A stretch of DNA of 64,000 nt from Azolla caroliniana (lineage: Eukaryota; Plantae; Polypodiophyta): NCBI GenBank assembly GCA_043228905.1, contig JBHGNT010000002.1:19344001-19408000 (forward strand), in the 5' to 3' direction. The notes beneath the pieces were generated by a model, which made no database searches, was not told the origin of the DNA, and saw only the letters and a program-made list of their open reading frames with translations. Of this stretch, positions 1-12,119 are shown piece by piece (the stretch's first letter is position 1; each line of letters begins with the position of its first letter). A program made the position numbers and the translations under genes.

Positions 1-169
1 TATTATTATGGACACAATTATATACAAATATATATATACATACCAAACACAAAAGATATACATACATAAATAAATTACAACTTATATATGCACATACACA
101 TACACATAAATACGTACAATTACATATTATATGTATTACAAATCTACATACATACAATAAATAAGGTCC

Positions 170-204
<35 letters not shown>

Positions 205-1683
205 TAAATAAATTACATACTACATATCATATAATCCATACATATTACACAATAGACAAATTTACATACACATACATACATTACATATATATTACATATG
301 TACATACATATTCCACATATTGCCATATATATATATTATATATAGGTTATATGGGACCATACAACCTACAATACTTACATACATACATACATATATACAC
401 ACACATCGGATATATGAGTGCATATAACGTACATATTACAAATGTATATCCATATACGATCCATACACATACTAAAAATGAAAATATCCTAAAAATATAC
501 ATACATGAATACATTACATATATACACATACGTACATTCATACATATACATACATATATTCATTCATTCATAATTGCGACACATATATACGTACATATGC
601 CTACCATTTAAATATACAAATTTTACAAACATACATCCAAACACATACGTATTACATTATATATGTATATTACATACACATACATACATTACATATGTAC
701 ATACATATCACCACATATACAAACATAGACACACACATGGTCATACACACTATAATAATACATATATACATCGGCATACATACATATTATACACATATTA
801 TAAACACACATCCAGACACATTAAATCATGTACATTGACACGTGCATATATGCATACAGATACATACATACATATTCCACATATCACCATATATATATAT
901 ATATATATATTATACATACATATGTACATACATACATGCATGCCTGCACACTTACACATTAGATATATGTATACTTACACATACCTTGGATATATGCATG
1001 CATATTATGTGCATATTTCAAACATGCATCCACATATGAGCCATACACATACTAAACACGAAAATACCCCAAAAATATACATACATAAATACATTACATA
1101 TTACATATATACACATATGTGCATTCATACATGGACATACATATATTCATTCATACATTGCTACATGTATATACGTACACACGCCTACAATGATACATGA
1201 ATAAATGTTATCAATTTACATCCATACATGTACATACATACATGCATACATACATACTATACAATGTGTACATACATACACACATACATACATGTATATG
1301 TGTATGTGTATGTGTATATGTGTGTATATATGTATGTGGTGTGTGTCGTATGTGTGTGTGTATGTATTGTATTGTATGGATGAATACACACACACACATA
1401 ACACATATACACATACACACGTGCCAAACATAGAATATATACATATGCACATGTAAAGAACACACACACACACACACATGCCATACATACAACACATGCA
1501 ATACAATACATACATATGTACATCAATAGAAAATACACACACACACACACATACATAGAGGCATTATATATATACAATACATAATACATACATACATATG
1601 TAGAAATAAAGAACACACACACATGTATAGAACATACACACACATATAACACATACATGCGTACACACTTGTGATACACACAT
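1..1683. repeat. CATA/CA/TA-rich low-complexity repeat with a ~570-bp internal tandem duplication
   Basis: Almost only ACAT/CA/TA units. The block catacacatactaaa...cctac at ~462-604 recurs at ~1042-1188. The ORFs called here are His/Tyr/Ile/Thr low-complexity artefacts. Confidence 0.9.
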
Positions 1684-2102
1684 AGAGGATAATCTCCAAG
1701 ATATGATCTTAGCAAACCTAGTGGAAGCTTAAAATGCATTGGTTGGGCCACTAAAGAGGCACGATATATGCTGAAATGAATCCTAGCTTGCTAACATGGA
1801 ATATACAAGGAATTGGTGGCAGCCAATTCCACATGAGGAAGAATGTATTAGCTGCTGAAATTCAGCGATGCACTGAGGCAATAGTGCCTGATGTTATAAT
1901 GGTGCAAGAGCATCATCTAGATGGGGATAAGATCGAGAAAATTGGAAACATCTGCTCTGGGAGTTGGACCAATACATGTTCGGCAGCTACGGGGGACAGA
2001 CAGATTCATGGGGCAATACTCTAAGGAGTACTCATAGCAATGAAAGCTAAGTATAATGCGACATTCACAGGCAGAGGATATTTAGTAGAGGGTCGGGTTG
2101 TC
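1684..2102 (+). pseudogene. Internal fragment of an L1-type LINE (ORF1 end and ORF2 APE endonuclease N-terminus)
   Basis: ORF 1776-2024 reads LLTWNIQGIGG...PDVIMVQEHHL, paralogous to SWNVQGLGG...LIQEHHL of the L1 at 6936. Both sides are CATA repeat. Confidence 0.85.
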
Positions 2103-2508
2103 TAAATATATATGCACATATATAGAACACACACACACACACACATAAAACATACATACACACACATGCTATACATATAATACATACAATACATACTTAA
2201 GCACATGCATAGAACGTACACACCCATATAACACATATATACATACACAGATGCAATACAATACATATATATGCACATACGTAGAACATACACATAAGCA
2301 CATAACACGTACCCTACATACTAACATGCCATACACACAATACATACAATACAATATGTATACACACACACATGCCATACATGTAATATATACAATACAA
2401 TTATACAATATGTACATACATACATACATACATACATACATACATACATACATACATACACACAACATATACATATATACATATGCACATATATACAACA
2501 TACACATG
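2103..2508. repeat. CATA/CA microsatellite-like repeat
   Basis: Perfect (CATA)n run at ~2413-2460. Motifs are shared with 1400-1680 and 11145-11345. Confidence 0.9.
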
Positions 2509-2510
2509 TT

Positions 2511-2542
<32 letters not shown>

Positions 2543-2592
2543 ATAGAAGATATCCTGTCATTAGTATAAACAAATTACAAGATTTTAAACCT

Positions 2593-5500
2593 CTATGTAA
2601 TCGGCGGGGGAAACAACCATTTCGGTGGCTGAAAATGCCAATAAGGAGTAGTGTACCTGGATGTCACAAATGGAGTAGTTGTCCAGATAATAAGAAACTC
2701 ATGTCGTTGAGCAATTTTAGCATTAGAATCTCCCACTATACCATCCCATTGACCCTTCAAAGCATGAACTATCTCTAACCAAATATTTGAAATCACTTCA
2801 GCAGGTGGTGTTTTCAGATTATGGAAAACGAGAGAACACCGAGCTTTCCAAATGTGATAGACAGTGGTACTACTCAATATCTCCCATATTGGCTGAACTT
2901 CCTTCCTTACTCCTGAAAACTGTAATGACATCAGTGATAATGTACGAACACTTCCATTTTTAGTGTAAAACCCATGGTCCATAGATTCGATGCCATAATG
3001 GAACACATCACGGGCAAGTGATGTCCAAACGACCATGCCCCAAGTGAGAACCAACGGGGGAAAATAATTAGCGAAAATTCTAAGGATCCGTTGCCATATC
3101 TGTTGAGAATCAATGCATTCCCATAAACAATGTTTTTGAGTTTCCGTTTGTAAATGACATCGAGTACAACATGAAGACACTCCCATCCTATGCAACCATG
3201 TGCCAACCGGCAACGCCTTGTGTACAACTAACCACTGTACATGTAATATTTTGTGTTGCTGTTTTCTTGCCCATAAGATAGCCCAGAATTTTGCAAGGAA
3301 TTGGGGAGTAATACCTTGTTGATTCCAATATTGAGATGCAGCTGGTACCACATCACGTGTATCTGAAAGTACATGTCTTCCCAACTGTACAGAATATTGG
3401 AAAAAATTGAACTTGTTACCCGTGTAAGGATCTGTCCAATGATAGTCAATTGGGTCCCAATCTAATCTGAATACCGGTCTTTTAGCTAACACCCACAGCT
3501 TCCAATGTGTCCTTATTTCCTCTATCATTGGATCAATATACCATTTACGATCGGCATATCCAATTATCCTTATCTTGTGCTCAATGGCATAGGGGTAATC
3601 TATCACCATTTCCCCGGACTGAGACAATTGATTTGTTTCATCCACCTCAAACAACCGGTATGTCTTATCATTTGAATAACCCTTAACAGCCAAGAGTACT
3701 TCCAATCTTGAAAAAACCCCAATCCATCTATGGTTAGTGTTATTGGGTGGTATGGGTTGTCTACTCATAGCTTCTTGAATTTGTTGGTACATTATATGTC
3801 CGCCAGGCATATTACGTAAGATTTCTTTTTGTTCTTCCAACGATCGCGATAAAAATTCTTTCCAAGTCTGAACTGTTTTCGCGGGACCTTCTGTCATTTT
3901 TCCCCACGATAACCATTGTCTAGAACCCAACACAAAACCATCTGATGTTGTAAACAACGGGTTCCAAACTATCTTTTGTCTGAGATACTCAAGATAATGT
4001 TTGGGGTTCGGTTTATTGCGAAGCAAACCAGGTAGTACTTGTTTCCATGCTGCAAATAATGTCCTAATAAATTTGTCTTCCCATCTAGTGGCTGAAGGTA
4101 CTCGGAAATTTTCCCTAAATATCCAATTCACATCCTTCGACCAGGGAGCACCTAAGCGAGGAAAGCAATCTGAGCAACGGTCAAGCAATAATACTTTCCA
4201 TATCTCTTGCCCCGGCATAAATCCTCTAACGAGCAACTTACTTAACAATGCTCTTGATTGGTCCACTAGATCAATAATACCTAATCCTCCTTTAGAGCGA
4301 GGTAAGGTAATAACATCCCATTTCACTTTGGACCGAGCATTGCCTTCTGTTTTACCGGACCACAAGAAGTTACGAACCAATCTACGTATTTTCAGAATAC
4401 ATGACTTGGAGAATATCCAACATGACAAAACATACCATGTTGAAGCCAATAAAACCTGATTAGCCACTACAATCCGACCAGCAAAAGATAGCTTGGCTGA
4501 ACTCCATAACAACAACTTTTTCTGCAGTGACAATAGGAGGGGTGCCACTTGATTTTCCATTGAAAGATCAATACCTATCGTACACCCTAAGTATCAAACT
4601 GGACAACCTGATGGTATCCATCGAAATTGCGGGTGTGGACTCCATAGAGGAGGCTCTACATCCCCCACCCAAAATGCAAAGGACTTGTTCCAATTAACCA
4701 GTGCACCCGAAGCCTTACAAAATGTGGATATGGCCAATTCTGTTTTCTGCAGATTTTCCAAATCACCTTTTAAATATAGGGCAGTGTCATCTGCAAATTC
4801 AGCGTCCCTTACTTCTATATGTGAGAATGGGATGCGTATTCTGCGTATACCAATATCACCAGCATTCAAAAAGGAAATCATTGCCTCAGCAAAAAACAGA
4901 AACAAGAAAGGAGCTAAAGGACAACCCTGTCGAACTGATCGAGAAATAGTAAACAAAGGTCCATAATTCCCAACCAGTAAGACTCTGCTTTGTGCCGAAT
5001 TATATAATGAAGAAATACCTTTTATCCATTCTTTCGAGAAACCAAAACGAGCCAGTACACCTTGTAAAAATTCCCAGTCAACACGATCATAAGCTTTCTC
5101 AAAATCAAGCATAACAATGGCCAACTCTTGATTAGATTTGGCTGCCAAGGCAGCAAATTCCCAAAATGTATACACATTATCCAATATGCTCCTTTCCTGA
5201 ATAAATCTTGTTTGCGACGGATGTATAACTATAGGCATTATAGTACCAAGTCTTATACTAAGCGCTTTAGCTAGGATTTTATACACCGTATTCAGTAATG
5301 TAATTGGGCGCCATTTCTTGATGTCCAATGAAGGACCTTCTGATTTAGGGATAAGGTAAATTATTCCTTCTGTAAAATGTGAAGGCATAGTGCCCTCTCG
5401 AAGAATTTGTTGGAATGCTGTACATAAATCTGATTTAAACAAGTCCCAATATTTAATGAAAAATGATGGGGTTAATCCATCCATACCTGGACAACTATTC

Positions 5501-6936
5501 TTAGGCAAAGCTTGGAGTGCTTCACTCAATTCCTCATGAGTAAGAACGTCTTGAAGACCGGCATTCATACCCTGTGTTATTCTTGAACTCAGTTTATTCC
5601 ATACACAAGACCGACTTATTAAATCCTCATCGGAGAATGAAATAGCTGATAGTAGGCTGGAATAGTATCGTGTGGCTATTTCTCTCATCACTTTAGGGTC
5701 AGATGAGATGGTCCCATTCTCATCTTGTAGTTGTTTGATTGAAACCGCATTATGATTGGGTTTCATTGCATGAAAAAATTCAGTTGTACATTTATCACCC
5801 ATTTGGGTCCAACTAGATGCCCTATTATGGTATTGAAATTCTGCACGCTTTTCTAATAGTACAGCAAGTTCTTGTTTTGCTGACCCAATTTTCTCAGCAA
5901 TCCAAGTACAATGTGGATAACGTTCTTGTAATCGTTGTAGAGAAACAAGAGAAGTACGAGACCGTTTCTCCTTTTCTTGGATCATAGAGAACCTCTCCTT
6001 AGATTTACCCCTAAAAAATTATGAAATACATCGTAAGCCATTAGCTACCCGCACCGCCATTGATTCCTGTACAACATCCTTTTGTGACCATAATTGAGCC
6101 ACTTGTAAGGAAAAGCTATTGTCTAACAGCAGATTTTCAGGAATCTTCATATTGGAGAATTCTTTAAGGTTTTGGGTTGATATTGAAAGAATCATTGGAG
6201 CATGATCAGAGAAGGTAGTCCCTGGCATTATATGTATTGTACCAGTTGCTGAAATAAATTTGCCAGATACATAGAATCTATCCAATCGAGCTAAGTTAGT
6301 ACCATTTACACGTCTATCTGATCTTGAAAATAAAAGAGAGGTATTTGTATGAACCATCGAAGGAGCATGCGAAGCATCTAAAATTTGTAAGGAGAACACC
6401 AATTGTTCCCACATTGCTAATTCATGGCCATGTATCGTAGTTGAGCTACCTCCCATTCTATCAATGGGGTCCTCAAGCATATTGAAGTCACCAGCGATAC
6501 ACCAATGATCAAGGGGAGGCAGATGCTCTAATAATTCTTTCCAAAATTGTTGCCTAGCAGAAGCAGTATTAGGAGCATATATATTCAAGAGTCCCCATAT
6601 AATCTCCCCCTCTTGCATAATAACATATTGAGCCCTTCCAGGAATGATCACTTGTTTTTGTATAATGGATGGAATCCACCTCTGAGAAATAGCCATACAA
6701 ACCCCACCACGGACTTCCGTGTTGCCTATCGCGGGGGACCAAAACATGTCCCAATTTCCAGATAAAATAGAACCATACCGAGAAATTCTAAAAGTATTTA
6801 AATGATGTTCTTGTATTAAAAGAAAGTCGAGGGATCCACCCACTATGCATTTGTTAATTTCTTGACGGAGACGATACTTGTATCGTCTATATAAGGGGCC
6901 CCCTAACCCCTGAACATTCCATGACATCACTCGCAT
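2593..6936 (-). pseudogene. L1 ORF2 (APE endonuclease, reverse transcriptase, zf-RVT) with two in-frame stops
   Basis: Motifs SWNVQG, GDFN, RLDRFY, SDH; WRPITLLN, LDFEKAYD, RQGCPLAP, FADD; CTRC...ETQKHCLWEC. All three ORF pieces share one frame, with stops at 6019-6021 and 4594-4596. Confidence 0.95.
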
Positions 6937-8736
6937 TTAAGGGAACTTAGGTTGCTGTGATGCCATTTTCATGTTTTTCGCTAACGGCTCAAGATTGGCC
7001 TCACTACCATCTTGTTCACCACTTTTCGATTGTAAAGGTATCGTATCGCGTACCATTCTATAATGATGATGAGCTTTAGCCAATATTTGACCTTCCGATA
7101 GTCCATCTTCATGGATATAGGTATATCCACAATTTGGAAGGATCTCAGCATCTAAGGATACCACCACTTGCCTTCGCCCCATCACATCAGACACTGGCAA
7201 GAGTTGTATAGTTGCTGCCTCTAGTCCCCTTAATAATACTTCCCCAAAATTGTCACAATTAACATATTTTGCGAAGTGTAGTGTTTGTTGTCTAATAACC
7301 AATCTAACATCCGCTGCCACCCATGTTTGTTTAGCATATCCACAAAAAGGGAAAGAAAATCCTACAAAAGATTGCATAGTCTTGAAAAGAACATGAACAC
7401 GTATTGATGCACTGCCATTATCAACTATGTCTCCCAAAAATTTCAAAAACTCAAACCCATATGTGGCATTCCATCGATTGATTGCAAAATCACTAGTACT
7501 TTCTACTTGAGAATTTATCGGGATTGTGCGAATGAAGTTCGCATTTAACCCTCTCAAGCTAGACGAACGTTTTGTAGATCTGTGAAGGTTTCACGATACA
7601 TTACTCAAGTTCAAATGTTGTTTACTTGATTCCATTGTTTTGCTCTGAGTGGCCATAACAAGATTATTAACTGATTCAGTCCCTTCTCTATTAGGAGTAG
7701 ATTGTTCAAAAACATTACTAATTTGGCATATCTGAACATCATTTTGAGACAAAGAGTTATCTAGTTCCTGTATGGCATCATAACGGCCTATACTTACGTG
7801 AGCACCCTTAGATTCAATGCATTTATTGGGTATTGAGTGCCGTTTTTCAATTGGTTTCCATATCTCATCCTCGAATGTTTGGATATTTTTCCCTTTTTCA
7901 TCCTTGGATGGCTGAACATTTTTCCCCTTTCCTCTTCCTCCACCTAAATGAGATTGTTGCTGCTTATCCAGATTAACATGGTTAACGTCTGTATACACGT
8001 TATTTGTACCATTCTGGGGTCTAACCCCGTTCTTCTTTTTTGGGCAATCTTTCAAAACATGGCCTTGCTGTTTACAATAAAAGCATTGTCCAGGCATACC
8101 TATATACTCCAATTTTTGCATGAATGTCGAGTTCCCGGTAAGCGATGGTAAAAGTACCTGAGTAGGTAAATTTTCTATTGAGGAAACTAGTATTCGAATT
8201 GATGGGTATCCCGTTAATTTCATTCCTATTGTCTCCTCTCGAGGAGGAAGAATCGTGCCGATTCTTGCTGCAATTGATGGGAGTACAGCCATGTATTCCT
8301 TAGGGATTCTTGGGAAAACCACGGAAATCGGGGTCAAACGATGCCCCGAATTCAACATTTCGACGGGATCAAAGCCCGGTTTCCACGGCATAAAACAAGC
8401 TATTGCATTTCGAATGTTAATCGTATTTGCATTCAACATTACCACAACGGATTCAGCGGTATCCAATTCTAAATGATAGAAAGCATGTCCAAGAAATTGC
8501 ACATCGACGATTTTTCCGATCCTATGTTGGAAAGCCGCTTGTAGGAGATCTCTCAAATCTCCTCTATTTGGCCTTAAACCTATAATCCTACACACTATTG
8601 AGTAGGAATGTAGACGACTTACCTCTCTTTTCAATATCTCTTCTTCTTCCGGTGTGAAGACGACAATGAAGGCCGACCGTGGAGGAGTTGTCGGGGGCGC
8701 TGCGTGAGAGTTCCCCTGGTGTACCGTGTCAGCCAT
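6937..8736 (-). pseudogene. L1 ORF1 (DUF4283-like N-terminus, CCHC zinc knuckle, extra C-terminal domain) with one in-frame TGA at 7591-7593
   Basis: Knuckle CFYCKQQGHVLKDC. ORFs 7591-8736 and 6937-7557 are in the same frame and separated only by a single TGA. Confidence 0.85.
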
Positions 8737-9101
8737 CTCTTCCTCTTCGTCTACAGTGATCTGCGCAACATTCTCTTCATCCTTCGTTTTCCTCCGATGG
8801 CAGAAGAGTTAACAGTCCATTTCATATATTTGACGAGCATATTGCTAGTTAAATTGCAGGTTTTTTAACATACACATGTTTTTAAAATCGTTGCAATGTG
8901 TTTTAGCAAAAAGTGGGGGGGGGGGGAGGAAGGAAGGGAGAGAGAGAGAGAGAGAGGTTCTGCCAGCCATGGATGATACTCTATTTTGGGTGCAGAGTGA
9001 GCTCTAAGGCACCCCATAGCCTACCCATGCTCTTTGCCAATCTCTCTAGCAAACAGAGAGAGAGAGAGAGCTTCTCTTTGAATTGGATTCCCTTGAGCGG
9101 C

Positions 9102-9510
9102 ATGGGAGAAGATCTTGAGAAGAAAGTAGCCATGACCCACAGATCGCTCACGAGTCAGAAAGATGTATACCTTGTTCAAGACTCTGGTGTGCCCCTGCAT
9201 TTCCCGAAAGAGACGAAGGAGAAGATCTTGAGAAGAAAGTAGCCATGACCCACAGATCGCTCACGAGTCAGAAAGATGTATACCTTGTTCAAGACTCTGG
9301 TGTGCCCCTGCATTTCCCGGAAGAGACGAAGGAGAGGAGATATCCCTTCTCATTCCCCTCATTATCATCGTGAATGTGATCATATTTCTGCTCACCATGT
9401 ATATCAACAATTGCCCCAAGAACACCGTAGATGGCAAGTGTGTCACCAAGTTTCTTCATCATTTCTCATTCCAACCTCTCAACGAGAATCCTCTCTTTGG
9501 TCCTTCATCT
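9102..9510 (+). pseudogene. Rhomboid-like protease (RBL1/RBL2-type) N-terminal fragment
   Basis: LIPLIIIVNVIIFLLTMYINNCPKN...CVTKFLHHFSFQPLNENPLFGPSS matches the conserved plant RBL N-terminus. Contains a 113-bp tandem duplication (9105/9218). Confidence 0.85.
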
Positions 9511-9563
9511 CGTGCCAATTGGGTGCCCTTGATACAAACAAAGTCGTGCATAATCATCCTTAG

Positions 9564-10034
9564 GCTATGACATGGAAGGCACACATCCTTGATGTCGACT
9601 ACAATGCTTCGAACAATGAGCTTGTGCGGACGCAGACACTCGTCAAGTCTGCAATTGTCCAGATTGATGCTGCCCCCTTCAGACATTGGTATAGTCAGCA
9701 CTATGGTGTTGAAATTAGGAAGAAGAAGAAGGCTCCTAAGGAGGCTAGAGGAGCCAGCAAGAAGGAATCTGAGGAAGGAGAGACACCTGGTGAGGGAGAA
9801 AAGGGGAAGCAAAGCAACCATGTAGCCTACAAAATTTCTGAGAGTGTCAAGGATCGAAAACTAGATCCACATCTTGAGGATCAATTTGCGAGTGGCCGTT
9901 TGCTTGCTTGCATTTCTTCTCAGCCTGGACAATGTGGTAGAGCCGATGGCTATATTCTTGAGGGCAAAGAGTTGGAGTGCTACCAACAGAAGATTCAAAG
10001 GAAGAAAGGGAAGAAAATGGGTGTTGCTACATAA
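9564..10034 (+). pseudogene. RPS8: 40S ribosomal protein S8 (eS8) C-terminal fragment, intronless
   Basis: [32 protein letters not shown]...[28 protein letters not shown]. The N-terminal part of the protein is missing. Confidence 0.92.
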
Positions 10035-10159
10035 GTAGAAGGTCTTTTTTTATCTGTTTAGACCACTCTTTAAGTATTTGTGATTGCATTGAGAAGTGCC
10101 CAATTCAAACTGTGTATTTCTCAGCTATTTTTGAAATGAGTTGTTTGTGAGAATCTGCC

Positions 10160-10190
<31 letters not shown>

Positions 10191-10265
10191 CTTCTTTGTA
10201 GTTGCTTCTTTTCCTTTTTCTCACAGAAGGAACGAGATAGAGAGAGACAAGGTTTAGTTGTATCT

Positions 10266-10388
10266 ATGGTCGTCTTCACCTCCATCTGCAGAAGCGACAA
10301 TGACTCTTGGAGTGCCAAGCAACACCCTACTTTTGAGGATGGAGGTTGCCTCGAGGGATCTGCTAATTCTTCCTCCGATCTTCAGCGC
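10266..10388 (+). pseudogene. RPP3: 60S acidic ribosomal protein P3 N-terminal fragment, preceded by a GA-rich 5'UTR-like stretch
   Basis: MVVFTSICRSDNDSWSAKQH...LEGSANSSSDLQR resembles plant P3 (MGVFTFVCK...WTAKQ...LEASA...DLQR). Confidence 0.75.
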
Positions 10389-10408
10389 TTTGGTCTTGAG
10401 AAGCCTCA

Positions 10409-10492
10409 TGGGGAGCTCATGGCAGCGGTGCTTTATTTGGGAAGGACCCTACCAAGCTCGATTGGAGTAGATGTTACATTGTGAGGCAAGTG
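10409..10492 (+). pseudogene. SAMS: S-adenosylmethionine synthetase internal fragment
   Basis: A frame not in the ORF track reads [27 protein letters not shown], against the MAT signature [27 protein letters not shown]. Confidence 0.85.
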
Positions 10493-10804
10493 GGTGTCTA
10501 TTCATCAAATCACACCCACTTCACTCTTCAGTGATTGTGTTTGTAGATTTTTATCATCACATGAAATTGTGTTCATCTTTCTTGGTGCTACATCATACGA
10601 GAATACAAGGTCCTAAATTCTACTTATTGTAAAGGGAGGAGATTGATAAATAAATAATCGTGTGTGTTGTAATATAGAACTATTTCCATTGCTTTCCTCT
10701 CGTCTATTGAATTATTGTTTGTTTGAAACATTATTTGAACCTTAGGTGTTTCCTTATTATAACAAGTTGGTTTTGCATGTGTTTGTTTGTTGCGAACTAT
10801 ATAA

Positions 10805-10925
10805 TCTAAGGAAAAGGTGTACTAGAAAGAGATGTTGTATTGCCAATTGTGTGATTGATATGTATGTCAAATATGGCTTGACCCATGTACCACATATATT
10901 GCTTGATAAGCTTCACATATTGAAT
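10805..10925 (+). pseudogene. PLS-class PPR gene fragment
   Basis: GVLERDVV/IANCVIDMYVKYGL...LLDKL (one frameshift) resembles the PPR motif DV..GNALVDMYAKCG....VFDKL. Confidence 0.55.
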
Positions 10926-11144
10926 CAGTCATATATTAATCTCTTCCTCGTTAAATAATGTTGTGATATGAGAAATTATTGAGCATTTGAAGGAACTTCT
11001 TGTAGTGATGGAGTATTAATCATGATTGTTGATGAAATTTTATAGAGTTTAAATAGAGAATAGCTATCAAACCAAATAATGAACTCTTGAGTCTTTATTA
11101 GTAAAAGGATATTTATGATTTAGGTGCAAATAGACGCGAGCCAC

Positions 11145-11345
11145 CACACACATACACATAACAATATATACATACACACATGCCACACAACTAAGATATA
11201 CAACACATACAATATAATACATATATAAATAAACATGGAATACAATACAATACATACATACACACAACCCATACATCAAATATATAACATATGCTATACA
11301 ATATAATACATACATACACACATGTATAAAACATACATGTGTTCT
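11145..11345. repeat. CATA-rich repeat related to 1400-2500
   Basis: Shares motifs such as catgccacaca, aatacaatacatacat and cacatgtata. Confidence 0.8.
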
Positions 11346-11513
11346 ATTTAAGGGCATTTAAAATGAGTTGTTGTCAAAAGATATATTGGCACTAAGGGAT
11401 ATTTTTATTAGTTGTTTTTTTACAGAAGGGTATCTAAAATAGTAAAAAATATATGTATAAGGGGTTTATAAAAGATGTCGTGAACGCACGTGATACAACC
11501 TCTTTATATATAG

Positions 11514-12119
11514 TGGAGCCCCCAGGTTATTACTATCAGGTATTTTAGCTATTTTAATTATTAAAGCTATTACCCACTTTTAAAGGTAAATACCTATTAT
11601 CAACACACTTTGTTATTATCAGTATTAGCTAGTTTAGCTATTAAAGTTATTGCACACTTTCTAAGCTAAATACTTATTCAAAGAACATTTTTATCAAGTA
11701 TTTTAGCTATTAAAGCTATTATCCACTAATGTAGGTGCCTCTTATGCATGGGTGACACTTGGCACTCATGCATCCACCTTCCTAATACATGGGTAACACT
11801 TGCCACTCAAGCACCTACTTTTCTCATCCATGGGTGACACTTGGCACTCATGCATCCACTTTTCTCATGCATGGGTGACACTTGGCACTCATGCACCCAC
11901 ATTCCTCATGTATAAAAGGGGGGTGAGTAATCTTATTAGGGGGGGGATAAGAGTAGACGAGAAATACTATTGTACTCAAAAAGGCAAGAAATACTATGGT
12001 AATCATCTTGAATAACAATAGAGGTGAAATACTATTGTAATGACACAGACAAGCTATACTTTTGTAATCATCTTGATTTATCAATATAAGCTATTTTAGT
12101 TTCTCCTCTTTCTTTGACA
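11514..12119 (+). mobile_element. Probable LTR with a ~41-bp tandem repeat in U3
   Basis: Four copies of catgggtgacacttggcactcatgca (11745-11910), then TATAAAA, ending ...TTTGACA at 12119. The start is uncertain. Confidence 0.45.

Larger units (their letters stand above)
2514..8866 (-). mobile_element. Full-length L1-clade LINE
   Basis: Poly(A) tail (T run 2509-2529). 17-bp TSD AACATACACATGTTTTT at 2497-2513 and 8867-8883. The target reads TTTTT/AAAA, the L1 endonuclease consensus. ORF1 and ORF2 are both present. Confidence 0.95.
1..11513 (+). mobile_element. Putative non-autonomous Helitron-like element with captured gene fragments (5' end outside window)
   Basis: Related CATA arrays at 1-2500 and 11145-11345 bracket several unrelated same-strand gene fragments. 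A Helitron-like 3' hairpin CGTG-aacg-CACG lies at 11479-11490, followed by ...TAG|T at 11511-11514 (degenerate CTRR end). Confidence 0.45.

Noticed and set aside
347-2778. Many His/Tyr/Ile/Thr- or Cys/Val/Met-rich ORFs
   Set aside because: They are translations of CATA/CA microsatellite-like DNA with no protein-like complexity. The exception is the LINE fragment at 1776-2024.
6937-7557. Independent third ORF in the LINE
   Set aside because: It is in the same frame as ORF1, open back to a single TGA, and starts only at TTG. It is more simply the ORF1 C-terminus cut by a CGA-to-TGA change, like the two in-frame ORF2 stops.
9567-10034. Functional RPS8 gene
   Set aside because: It lacks the N-terminal part, has substitutions at conserved residues, and sits among other gene fragments.
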